Source: Myxococcota bacterium (GTDB taxonomy: Bacteria > Myxococcota_A > SURF-8). From it: a stretch of DNA of 64,000 bases. The notes beneath the pieces were generated by a model. The model did no database searches. It was not told the DNA's origin and was given only the letters and a program-made list of their open reading frames with translations. The stretch is from the NCBI GenBank assembly GCA_965140415.1, contig OZ223209.1, positions 608,001 to 672,000 of the forward strand, given 5' to 3'. Below are positions 28,998 to 38,313 of the stretch, one piece after another (within the stretch, counting starts at the first letter, position 1; every line of letters starts with the position of its first letter). A program made the translations under genes and the position numbers.

Positions 28998-29846
28998 ATG
29001 GTTGTTTTTTCCATAGCTGGCCTTGGTTTTTCCCTACAGGCGGATGAAGAGCTCTACGCCCCGGTGATTGGGAAGTACCTTTCTGCGTTCACATCTTCAG
29101 CCTCAACGGAAACAGAGACAGAAGCAAAGGTAGACTGGCGCATCGAATTGGATGCGAATGTCGAGGCTCGTTTCGGTCCCGGCGGACACGCCGAAGCCAT
29201 CTATATTTCTACGGAAACGGGATATCATATACAGGTCGATGGGGGCATGAGCGCCGAGATCAGCAACGAGGGACGGCGCGTGGATATGCGCGTGTCGGAG
29301 TCCTACGTTCGCGGCGGAGCCAAGTACGCCTGGATCCCCTTGTCGTCGTTGTTGCGCGTCTATCTTTCTTTCGAACTGCCACGGTTGGGAGGGCTGGTGT
29401 TGCACGGTTCCTCATTGGCCGATGGCCACTCGGGTCGTTTGTTTCTTGGCGAAAGTGGCGCAGGGAAATCGACCGTCTGCGATTTGTCCCAGGATCATCT
29501 GATTTTCTGCGATGAAATTTCCATCGTGCGGCAAACGAACGACGGTTGGCACCTTTACCCGACCCCCTTCTTTTCCCGCGAGGAACGCCAGAATCGCCAG
29601 TTGCAGCCTCTTCCACTAGCCGGTGTATATCTGCTGAACCAGGCGCAAGACGATCGCCTGCAAGCCTTGCCGATTGCGGAAGCCTTACCCGGACTGTTAG
29701 CTTGTACGCTCAGTTTCGGCGAGGAACGCGAGCATCATGACCGTGTGTTGGATCAGGCAGTCGCCCTGCTTACGAACGTTCCTGCCCGGCGCATGCATTT
29801 TACCCGCAGCCCGGCCTTCTGGGATCGGATTCATCAAGACAGCTAG
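28998..29846 (+). CDS. HPr-kinase-related P-loop ATPase/kinase (type found with PqqD/RiPP loci)
   Basis: LHGSS...LFLGESGAGKST...FCDEISIVR...YPTPF...FW. Confidence 0.8.
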   Translation: MVVFSIAGLGFSLQADEELYAPVIGKYLSAFTSSASTETETEAKVDWRIELDANVEARFGPGGHAEAIYISTETGYHIQVDGGMSAEISNEGRRVDMRVSESYVRGGAKYAWIPLSSLLRVYLSFELPRLGGLVLHGSSLADGHSGRLFLGESGAGKSTVCDLSQDHLIFCDEISIVRQTNDGWHLYPTPFFSREERQNRQLQPLPLAGVYLLNQAQDDRLQALPIAEALPGLLACTLSFGEEREHHDRVLDQAVALLTNVPARRMHFTRSPAFWDRIHQDS

Positions 29847-29890
29847 TAAGTTAAGTGGTTGGAATTGCATTCTAATCCGGCATCAGGATA

Positions 29891-29941
29891 GTGCGGGATT
29901 GCATCCCTATTGTTGGAGCATGGGCTCCTGTCCTGCTCCAA
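29891..29941. repeat. REP-like repeat, left flank
   Basis: 29911-29941 is the exact reverse complement of 31552-31582; 29891-29907 resembles the first hairpin of 17109-17165. Confidence 0.8.
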
Positions 29942-29945
29942 TATT

Positions 29946-31415
29946 TCAGCGTTTCTTACGTGCTTGACATTCCGAGAAGCGGCTCTTTAGTTCCGGGTGT
30001 TTGCACAAATCGATGCCGTACAGAGCATTTCCATGACCGGATTCCCGATTTCTTCCATCTCGCCAAACGACCAGTGGTCCCCACATGCGGGCCAGCACCT
30101 GATCTCCGAATGAGTTGCTTAGGTTCCACTCTTCTCCTGTTGGAAGATAACGGAGATAAACATCACCCAATCCCTGCTTCAAGCAGCAAGTATCTTGGCT
30201 GTCATCTCCAACTCCACCTTCATTGCAAGTCGTAAATAGTAGCCAGTCTTCCCAAACGTCATCCACAAAATAGTCGATATAACCTTCGTTCAATTTAAAT
30301 GGCGTTACTTCCGATGTATCCAAATCGTATTTATAGATGGAAACTCCACAAAAACTCCCGGGATCAGGTGAATTATTTAAATCGGAGATATAAAAATCTT
30401 TCTCCCATTGAGCCATCGTTCCAACAGGATAGTTGAAGCTAGCTAAAACAGTCTCCGTACCATCAGAAATTGCAAAACGTATCAGTTCCTTTAGACCATT
30501 TACCCACACAATATATTTTTCAGAGACAGTAAACAATGAAACCCCACTGGCACTTTGATCAATTTGAATTTCTTTGCCGGCACCGTCCAATGAGTATAGA
30601 TGCCCAGTATAATCATCTTCGGGCCTTTTTTGCGCAATCCAAAAAATTTTATCTCCATAGATATCCTGATTAAATTTAGCCGTTCGACTATCTGAAATCA
30701 AAGTGCGTTCAATGTGATTCAGCGAACTCTTCCAAAGTGTTCCCCAATACTGTGTTAATTCGGGAGTTTGCTCTTCAGTCTCTTTCCATACAAAAATATT
30801 GTCTCTAAGACCTCCGTAAATTGACACTGCACTTGAGCCATTTAATTGAACAGATTTCTTTAAAGAGTAACTGTATAAAAACAACCCTGTTGATGTTGAT
30901 AAATTCGCCAGGTCAAAGAGAATCCAATCTTCTCATATTCCAAGAACGTGAAGAGAACGAAGATTCTTTTCTCCAATCCGAAACTCACCGTTTTCATTTG
31001 TATAGACGAAGGGAAGACCCGCCAGACAAGGGTAATTCTCAGATCCATCACAAGGTTTTAAATGAGCCATGGCTTCGGGAAGCTCATTAGCTTCATGTCG
31101 ATCAGAGTCTAAATCAGTATCTCCGTCGATACTGACTTCCACACAACTGGTCTTATCCTGCTGGATATATCCCTGGGGGCAGTCGCAAATGGCGTAGCCG
31201 TTAACTTTCTTGCAGGTTCCGGGTGAGCAATCGATGCCTTGGCAAACAGAAGGAAGTTCATCCGTCTCTTTGTCAAGTTGATCCTGATCGGAAGCTTCAA
31301 GGTCACCGTCTGAGTTTGGTGTATCCAAATCTGTCGGATCGGCGGGATCGGAAGAGCAGGAGGCGAGAAAGACAACAACGAATCCGAGTGCCCAAACCCA
31401 GGATTTGACTGACAT
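29946..31415 (-). pseudogene. AT-rich lipoprotein (EGF-like + beta-propeller) with one in-frame TGA at 30933-30935
   Basis: ORFs 30933-31427 and 29946-30884 are in the same frame. LGI*EDWILF aligns with the internal repeat DVWEDWLLF. Lipobox LAS-C; EGF-like CSPGTC...CDCPQGY. Confidence 0.75.
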
Positions 31416-31441
31416 ATTTCGCTCCAAATTACCTCCCCAGC

Positions 31442-31621
31442 ATCGTGCGGGATTGTATCCTGCACGTAACGTTTCGGATCAGGATTCAATCCTGATCCAT
31501 CATAAGGATCATGAAGGTTGGGGTTCCCGTCCCGACCAAGATAACAAACAGTTGGAGCAGGACAGGAGCCCATGCTCCAACAGAAGAGACGCTGCTCCAA
31601 CAAATAGGCCCATACTCCAAC
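31442..31621. repeat. Mosaic of REP-like palindromes, right flank
   Basis: Contains copies of the 17109, 29911 and 61392-61494 elements plus two partial (T/A)CTCCAAC-ending units. Confidence 0.8.
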
Positions 31622-31873
31622 GGAGACCGCCAAACCCCAATATGATCGGCTCTGAAGGATATCAACCTCGCCATTGTAAACGAAGCAATGGAATTTACGC
31701 AAAAGTCAAATAAAGGTTTTTCTTGCATTTCACGCCAAACTCCTGGAAATTAATTCACACTTTGGTCGGTCTTGCGTCGTAAAATCCTTGACAGTTGGGG
31801 ATTAATCCTCTATTAGGATACGTTCATGTTTGGGGGGTGGTGGTGGCGTATGCCAATTTGTGAGGATTTGTGA

Positions 31874-33232
31874 ATGTTTGATCAACTATCGGACAGACTA
31901 GCCGATACCTTCAAGTCGCTTCGCGGGCAAGGCAAGCTGACGGAGAAGAATATCGAGGACGCAGTCCGAGAAGTGCGCATGTCCTTTTTGGAAGCGGACG
32001 TCAACTTCAAGGTTGTCAAGCAGTTCATTACCGAGGTCAAAGAAGCCGCGATGGGCGAGGCGGTGCTCAAGTCCCTCTCCCCCGGCCAGCAGTTCATCAA
32101 AGTGGTGCACGAACACCTGGTACATCTGCTCGGTGAAGGCGCGGAGCCGCTTGACCTGAACCAGAAGCCCCCGATCATCATCATGCTGGTCGGTCTGCAA
32201 GGTTCCGGTAAAACCACCACAATCGGTAAGCTCGCGAAATATTTGAAAGAACAGCACCGGCGGCCTTTGCTGGTTCCCGCCGATGTTTATCGCCCTGCTG
32301 CGATCGATCAGCTTACCCGGCTGTCCGAACAGGTCGGCGTGGCAGTATATCCGTCTACGGTCAACGAGCATCCGGTAGTCTTGGGCGCCAAGGCCAAAAT
32401 CATGGCCGAAACCAAGGGCTACGATGTGGTGCTGCTCGATACCGCCGGTCGTTTGCAGATCGACGAAAAGATGATGGGCGAACTGGAACAGATGAAGCGC
32501 GCCCTCTCGCCGCAGGAAATTCTGTTCGTTGCCGACGCCATGACCGGCCAGGAAGCCGTCAACGTGGCTGTGAAATTCGATGAAGTGCTGGATATCACCG
32601 GTGTCGTGCTGACCAAAATGGATGGTGACGCCCGTGGCGGTGCGGCGCTTTCCATTAAGGCGGTAACCGGCAAGCCCTTGAAATTCGTCGGTATCGGTGA
32701 AAAGCTGGATGGCCTGGAGATCTTCCATCCGGATCGTATCGCCAGCAGTATCCTGGGTATGGGCGACGTGCTCAGCCTGGTGGAAAAAGCCCAGAAGGTG
32801 GTGGACAAGAAAGAGGCCGAGCAGATGCAGCAGAAGCTGCGCAAGGCCCAGTTCACGCTGGAGGATTTCCTTAAGCAGATGCAGATGATGAAGAAGATGG
32901 GCTCGCTTTCCAGTGTGATCGGCATGTTGCCCGGCATGAAGAGCGTCGCTCGCGCTTTGGACGAGGGCAAAGAGGGCGCGATGGCCGAGAAGGAGCTGAA
33001 GCACATCGAGGCGATCATTCAATCGATGACGGCCAAAGAGCGACGCAATCACGCATTGCTCAACGGTTCTCGCAGGCGGCGCATTGCGGCGGGTAGCGGA
33101 ACCAGCGTGCAGGAAGTCAATCGTCTGGTGAAGCAGTTCACACAGATGAAAAAGATGATGAAAAAGATGAATAAGATGGGCCCCAAAGCGCTGATGCGCG
33201 AATTGGGGGCGCTTGGCAAGAATATACAGTAG
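31874..33232 (+). CDS. ffh: Signal recognition particle protein
   Basis: GLQGSGKTT, DTAGR, TKMDGDARGG, Met-rich M domain. Confidence 0.98.
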   Translation: MFDQLSDRLADTFKSLRGQGKLTEKNIEDAVREVRMSFLEADVNFKVVKQFITEVKEAAMGEAVLKSLSPGQQFIKVVHEHLVHLLGEGAEPLDLNQKPPIIIMLVGLQGSGKTTTIGKLAKYLKEQHRRPLLVPADVYRPAAIDQLTRLSEQVGVAVYPSTVNEHPVVLGAKAKIMAETKGYDVVLLDTAGRLQIDEKMMGELEQMKRALSPQEILFVADAMTGQEAVNVAVKFDEVLDITGVVLTKMDGDARGGAALSIKAVTGKPLKFVGIGEKLDGLEIFHPDRIASSILGMGDVLSLVEKAQKVVDKKEAEQMQQKLRKAQFTLEDFLKQMQMMKKMGSLSSVIGMLPGMKSVARALDEGKEGAMAEKELKHIEAIIQSMTAKERRNHALLNGSRRRRIAAGSGTSVQEVNRLVKQFTQMKKMMKKMNKMGPKALMRELGALGKNIQ

Positions 33233-33274
33233 CTTCGATTTCGGAACTATTTCCGATAGGAATGAAAATTACTG

Positions 33275-33303
33275 TTGCAAACAGAGTTATGGTTTGATAC
33301 TCT
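33275..33303 (+). promoter_or_regulatory. sigma70-type promoter for rpsP
   Basis: TTGCAA-17-TACTCT with TGn extension. Confidence 0.5.
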
Positions 33304-33327
33304 GTTGACATTCAAGGAGGATTTGAA

Positions 33328-33573
33328 ATGGCGGTAAAGCTTCGGTTGACGCGGATGGGTGCGAAGAAACGCCCGTTTTACCGGGTAGTGGCGGCGGATT
33401 CCCGCTTCCCGAGAGATGGTCGGTTCCTCGAACTGCTGGGAACCTACGACCCCCGCAACGACGCCAATATGGTAAACTTGAAGATGGATCGGGTCAATTA
33501 CTGGCTGGAGCAGGGCGCGGAAATCTCCGACACTGTTAAAAGCCTGGTGAAGAAAGTGAATATCGCCGGCTAG
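33328..33573 (+). CDS. rpsP: 30S ribosomal protein S16
   Basis: MAVKLRLTRMGAKKRPFYRVV..DSR.PRDG. Confidence 0.98.
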   Translation: MAVKLRLTRMGAKKRPFYRVVAADSRFPRDGRFLELLGTYDPRNDANMVNLKMDRVNYWLEQGAEISDTVKSLVKKVNIAG

Positions 33574-33677
33574 GCGATTGCTCGATATGAACAATGTGTG
33601 TGGGTGGGTAGCTATGTCGTAGTACGGTGTAGTTCTCGTTTGCAGTTGTGCTTCACCTTTTACATCAGAGGGTTTCC

Positions 33678-33911
33678 ATGCTAAAAGATCTTATTGAGTT
33701 CATTGCGAAGGCGCTTGTAGACGATCCTGATTCTGTTGACGTTTCGGAAGTCGAAGGCGAACAAACTTCCGTGATCGAACTAAAGGTTGCCAAGGACGAC
33801 CTCGGAAAAGTGATCGGCAAACAAGGGCGTACGGCTCGGGCGATGCGTACCATTCTCAGTGCGGCTTCCACCAAAATCCGGAAGCGTTCCGTACTGGAAA
33901 TCATCGAATAA
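33678..33911 (+). CDS. khpA: KH-domain RNA-binding protein
   Basis: [13 protein letters not shown]; conserved position after rpsP. Confidence 0.93.
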   Translation: MLKDLIEFIAKALVDDPDSVDVSEVEGEQTSVIELKVAKDDLGKVIGKQGRTARAMRTILSAASTKIRKRSVLEIIE

Positions 33912-34021
33912 TTCCGAGCTGAAACACGGGCTGCGGTGTGGATACGAATACCGCGAGGAGCAGGGCAAGACGCGATAGTGCGGCTTGTCCTTTTTTGTCT
34001 TTTACTCTGTAGTAAAATGCA

Positions 34022-34540
34022 ATGAAATACATCGAAATCGGAAGAATCATGGGGGCGCACGGCGTGCGTGGGGACGTTCGCGTTATGACCTACAACCCGG
34101 AAAGCCCGCTGCTGGTTCAAGGCGGCAGCCTCTATCTTGAAACAGACGAAGGATATCAAGAGGTTATACTCACCTTCGTACGCACCGCCTCGCGTGGCTG
34201 GGTGGCGCATTTAAGCGGAATCGAGGATCGTGAGCAGGCCAAGGCGCTGTATCAGGAGTCACTGTATGCCTCCCGTGAACAGCTTGGACCGTTGGGTCAA
34301 GGCGAGACGTACATCTTCGATTTGATCGGGTTGACGGTCAAGGATGCGGAAAGCGGAACGGCATACGGTCAGATTCGCGACGTGTTGCAGACCGGTGCGC
34401 ATGACTGTTACGAAGTCTACGACGGAAAACGGGAATTGCTCGTTCCCGTAACGGAAGAAGTCGTGCGCAAGGTCGATCTGCAAAAGGGTGAAGTGCTGGT
34501 CATCTTGCCCGAGGGATTGCTGGATATCTATGAAAATTGA
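34022..34540 (+). CDS. rimM: Ribosome maturation factor RimM
   Basis: IGRI.GAHGVRG, DLIGL, TGAHD, PEGLL. Confidence 0.95.
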   Translation: MKYIEIGRIMGAHGVRGDVRVMTYNPESPLLVQGGSLYLETDEGYQEVILTFVRTASRGWVAHLSGIEDREQAKALYQESLYASREQLGPLGQGETYIFDLIGLTVKDAESGTAYGQIRDVLQTGAHDCYEVYDGKRELLVPVTEEVVRKVDLQKGEVLVILPEGLLDIYEN

Positions 34541-35264
34541 GATACTGACCATTCTGCCGGGAGTGCTGCATTCCTATTTGCAGGAAGGCATGATCGGGCG
34601 TGCCGTGCGCGACAAGCGGCTGACGATCAACCTGGTGAATGTTCGAAATTACGCCGAAGACCGGCATCAAACGACCGATGATACTCCTTATGGCGGTGGT
34701 CCCGGTCAGTTGATGAAAGCGGAGCCTTTGGCCAATGCGGTCAAGTCTCTGCGGCCCATGAAAAGCAGTCGCACGATCTTTTTAACGCCGCAGGGAAAGC
34801 CGTTTGCGGCGACGGATGCGAAAAGGCTGGCTAAGTACAAGCGGTTGGTTCTGGTCTGTGGGCGTTATGAAGGCGTGGATCAGCGTTTTCGAGATCGCTA
34901 CGTAGACGAAGAGCTGTCGATTGGCGATTATGTATTGACAGGCGGTGAATTGCCGGCTTTAGTGGTATTGGATGCGGTGGCGCGCTTCGTTCCCGGTGTG
35001 CTGGGAAATCAGGATTCGGCGGAGGCGGACAGCTTTTCCAATGGATTACTGGAGCATCCGCAGTATACCAAGCCGCGCGTGTTCGAAGGCCTGGAAGTTC
35101 CCGCCGTGTTGCTGTCGGGCAATCATTCCAAGATCGAAGCCTGGCGGCAGCAGCAGTCCGAACAGCGGACCAGGCAGGTACGACCGGATCTATTGAAAGG
35201 TGAAATCGAGGCGGAAAATCTCCCTGTGCCGGAGAGAAAAACAGGAAAGCAAAAAAAAGGTTGA
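34530..35264 (+). CDS. trmD: tRNA (guanine37-N1)-methyltransferase
   Basis: DDTPYGGGPG, CGRYEGVDQR, SIGDYVLTGGE, VLLSGNH. Confidence 0.97.
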   Translation: MKIEILTILPGVLHSYLQEGMIGRAVRDKRLTINLVNVRNYAEDRHQTTDDTPYGGGPGQLMKAEPLANAVKSLRPMKSSRTIFLTPQGKPFAATDAKRLAKYKRLVLVCGRYEGVDQRFRDRYVDEELSIGDYVLTGGELPALVVLDAVARFVPGVLGNQDSAEADSFSNGLLEHPQYTKPRVFEGLEVPAVLLSGNHSKIEAWRQQQSEQRTRQVRPDLLKGEIEAENLPVPERKTGKQKKG

Positions 35265-35363
35265 TTTTTAATCTGAGTTTCCTGTATAGTTCCGCGTCCG
35301 ATTGGATGACTACTCGCTTTTGTGAAAAAGCAGGTAATAGACGATTTAGGAAAGGGTACTCCG

Positions 35364-35720
35364 ATGAAGGCGCATGAAGTGATTCGAGAGTTCGAGCAGA
35401 ATCAGATCCGTATGGACATCCCGGATTTCCGGGTCGGTGATCGCATTCGCGTATACATTAAGGTTCGCGAAGGAGACAAAGAACGTCTACAGCCCTTCGA
35501 GGGCGACGTGATCCGCAGAACCGGTGGAGCCGCGAGAGCGACGTTTACCGTTCGCAAAGTGTCCTATGGAATCGGCGTTGAGCGCATCTTCCCGGTCAAC
35601 TCGCCGTTGATCGCCAAGATGGACATCATCACGCGCGGTAAAGTGCGTCGCAGCCGTCTGTACTACCTGCGCGAACTGCGCGGCAAAGCGGCTCGCATCA
35701 AGGAGAAGCGTTTCCGCTAA
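35364..35720 (+). CDS. rplS: 50S ribosomal protein L19
   Basis: [34 protein letters not shown]. Confidence 0.98.
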   Translation: MKAHEVIREFEQNQIRMDIPDFRVGDRIRVYIKVREGDKERLQPFEGDVIRRTGGAARATFTVRKVSYGIGVERIFPVNSPLIAKMDIITRGKVRRSRLYYLRELRGKAARIKEKRFR

Positions 35721-35726
35721 GCCTCC

Positions 35727-36401
35727 ATGCCCGATCGCGTCTCCCAGTTATCGTTCGGTTTTACCGATGAGTTACAAAACCTGGGAGACGTCGAACGCTG
35801 GGCGGCGACTCGAACTATCCCCTACATTACAGGTGTAGACGAAGCTGGCCGTGGGCCACTGGCGGGACCGGTGGTTGCTGCGGCCGTTTGTTTTGCGCCG
35901 GATATCCGCATCGAACGACTGGACGATTCAAAGCGTTTAAGCGCCACCCTGCGCGAGGCGCTCTTTCCCGAAATCCGCAAACAGGCGTTGGGCTGGGGCG
36001 TGGCCTACGGCTCTCCCGCCTTGATTCACGAAAAGAACATCCTGCAAGCAACACGCATCTGTATGCGTCGGGCATTCAGATTGGCGCAGACTCGCGGTGC
36101 TGGCGATGGCCTGGTGGTGATAGACGGCAACCAGCGCATCGACATCGAGCAACAGCAGTGGGCGCTTGTGGGTGGCGATCGTTTAAGCGTGGCGGTGGCG
36201 GCGGCGTCGGTATTGGCCAAGGTGTTGCGGGATCGCTGGATGACGGTAGCCGCCAAGCGCTGGCCCCAGTACGGCTTCGAGCGTCATAAAGGCTACGGCA
36301 CCAAAGCGCATCTGCTGGCCATCGCTGAACACGGCCCCTGTCCGATTCACCGCCTCGACTTCCGTGGCGTGCGCGAGCACGTGAAGAATAGCAACGAGTA
36401 G
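35727..36401 (+). CDS. rnhB: Ribonuclease HII
   Basis: GVDEAGRGPLAGPV, DSK, DG, AASVLAKV.RD, HKGYGT. Confidence 0.97.
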   Translation: MPDRVSQLSFGFTDELQNLGDVERWAATRTIPYITGVDEAGRGPLAGPVVAAAVCFAPDIRIERLDDSKRLSATLREALFPEIRKQALGWGVAYGSPALIHEKNILQATRICMRRAFRLAQTRGAGDGLVVIDGNQRIDIEQQQWALVGGDRLSVAVAAASVLAKVLRDRWMTVAAKRWPQYGFERHKGYGTKAHLLAIAEHGPCPIHRLDFRGVREHVKNSNE

Positions 36402-36476
36402 ACATATAGGAACTTCGATTGTTGGAGGGAAATCTGTTCGAACTGGCTACAATACCGTTTCGCACAATTCTCTCAT

Positions 36477-38057
36477 TTACCATGTTACATGAGAAATCAT
36501 TGAATTGATGGGTTTAGTAATCAACCACGCTTGTCGTTCACCTCGCCATACTTTGCTCAGAAGAAACGCATCGTAGGAGTTAGCATAATTTTGAAAATCA
36601 AACATGGAGAATGGATCCCATTGGTCGATGATAATACTACTTGTCTTTTCCATGTAGTTACGGGAAGGTTCTATCAAATTGATCGCAACTATAAATGCAT
36701 GATTAGTTGCTATCATTCCCACATAATAAGGATTATAGGTGGCAACCATCAGCGGCCAGCCGCCCATGCCGGTGCTCGCCATAACTCTGTCCCCCCAATA
36801 GCTGTCAGGGAGAGGTAACTCATCATAAAAAGATACTGACTCATCGTTTAAAGGGTTAAACCTTAGCAGATCATTTTGGATTCGATAATCTGCTGATTCT
36901 GTTACTATAGAAGAATGCCTTGCGATCCACAGGCCGTTTTCATCGACACCAACCAGACGGGAAACATCGTCTCCGAAATCGACACTGAAATCATGGGCTG
37001 AAGAGCAGTCTGTGGAATTGGGGGTCAACGCATAGAGCCGGTTGCCTCCCATCAGGTAATAGGTTTCTCCAAACCAGTAACCGACTTCGTTGAGTTGTGC
37101 TCGCATACCCTCGCAGGCCGGGACACGGTTCCATGCCTGGGTGTCGGTGAAATAGAAGTAGGTCGAATCATACTTACGGTGATCCTGCAAAGCGACATTT
37201 AAGGTGACTACAGCATCTTGTACTTTCAGGCTGTACGGATGTTTCACTTCTTCGGCGTTCTCAGAATCGACGGTTGTTTCGTTCGGCACGAGTTCCGCAG
37301 GTAGATCGAAAAAACTCCATTCACCTTGATACAGGCGTCCGAGCCGGGTTGCCGTCGCGATCCAGATTTCCACCTGGTCTTCCAGCAGTCTGCCATCCAG
37401 CGTGAAAACGTACTCATTCACCCGTTCGTCACAGCGCAGTTCGTTGCCGGCTTCATCGTATTCCCAGAAATGATTGCCTGCAAACCAGGCTTTACCTGCA
37501 TCATTTGACCAGACATCCGCAACGCGAAACCCCCTACCATCCTCACAGCGAACAATGGTGGTATCTTCAAAAGGAAAAGTATCCATGCTCAGGTTCAGGG
37601 TCTCAATATCCGGTTCCTGTTCCATCTCGGAGGCACTATCCGATTCGGTTTCCACATCCGGTTCGATTTCGATATTGTCCACACCGTCCGGGTCGGCGTC
37701 GAATTCCAAGATGTCTCCATCCGTTTCCGGTGTTTCGTTATCGAGATCACGATCGCCATCCGCATCGGAATCGCCATTTGCATCTGTATCACCATCTGAA
37801 TCCAGATCGGTATCCCGGTCTCCATCCACCGGTGTTTCATCCATATCGGCGGGGGGAGGATCGCTGTCGGGAAGATCGGCTTCCAAATCGCCGTCGGAAG
37901 GATTCTCACGATCAACGAGTTCCGTATCCTGGTCGGCGGGCGGCAGATCGCCATCCGCCGAGGAACCGTCGTCCGAGCAGGCAGGCAACAGCAGCAGGCA
38001 GGCAAGCAGACCCAGTAGAAACATGACGAATCGTTTGTTAAAGAAAAGAGAGGACAT
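36477..38057 (-). CDS. Hypothetical lipoprotein with Asp-rich DGD linker and probable beta-propeller C-terminus
   Basis: AGGAGG SD, lipobox LPA-C, long acidic linker, beta-rich aromatic C-terminal region. Confidence 0.8.
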   Translation of the reverse strand: MSSLFFNKRFVMFLLGLLACLLLLPACSDDGSSADGDLPPADQDTELVDRENPSDGDLEADLPDSDPPPADMDETPVDGDRDTDLDSDGDTDANGDSDADGDRDLDNETPETDGDILEFDADPDGVDNIEIEPDVETESDSASEMEQEPDIETLNLSMDTFPFEDTTIVRCEDGRGFRVADVWSNDAGKAWFAGNHFWEYDEAGNELRCDERVNEYVFTLDGRLLEDQVEIWIATATRLGRLYQGEWSFFDLPAELVPNETTVDSENAEEVKHPYSLKVQDAVVTLNVALQDHRKYDSTYFYFTDTQAWNRVPACEGMRAQLNEVGYWFGETYYLMGGNRLYALTPNSTDCSSAHDFSVDFGDDVSRLVGVDENGLWIARHSSIVTESADYRIQNDLLRFNPLNDESVSFYDELPLPDSYWGDRVMASTGMGGWPLMVATYNPYYVGMIATNHAFIVAINLIEPSRNYMEKTSSIIIDQWDPFSMFDFQNYANSYDAFLLSKVWRGERQAWLITKPINSMISHVTW

Positions 38058-38260
38058 GGGAGCCTCCTGATAGTCGATTGGAACGGACGCTTGAAGTCTA
38101 TTTGTATGGTAACTGCATGCTTATCATGAATGCAAGAGAAATCAAGAATATACAAAGGTCGCGCATTGCCTCTTAATTGAGTATGTACTCTGATCGGGAA
38201 TCCGCCGACTCACAAAGACTACCGTTAGAAATCAGTACAACACAGCTACATTCATAAACG

Positions 38261-38291
38261 AAAAACGCCCGATCCCTTGCGGGACCGGGCG
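38261..38291 (-). terminator. Intrinsic terminator after 38314-44004
   Basis: CGCCCG.TCCC/GGGA.CGGGCG stem followed by T5 on the minus strand. Confidence 0.7.
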
Positions 38292-38313
38292 AGGCTCACG
38301 GGCGAGAGCTGGG

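Noticed and set aside
30933-30935. Selenocysteine or genome-wide TGA recoding
   Set aside because: Context points to Trp, and TGA is used as a normal stop in tolB, prkA and trmD.
31700-31873. SRP RNA or riboswitch upstream of ffh
   Set aside because: No recognisable conserved motif by eye; an Rfam scan would be needed.
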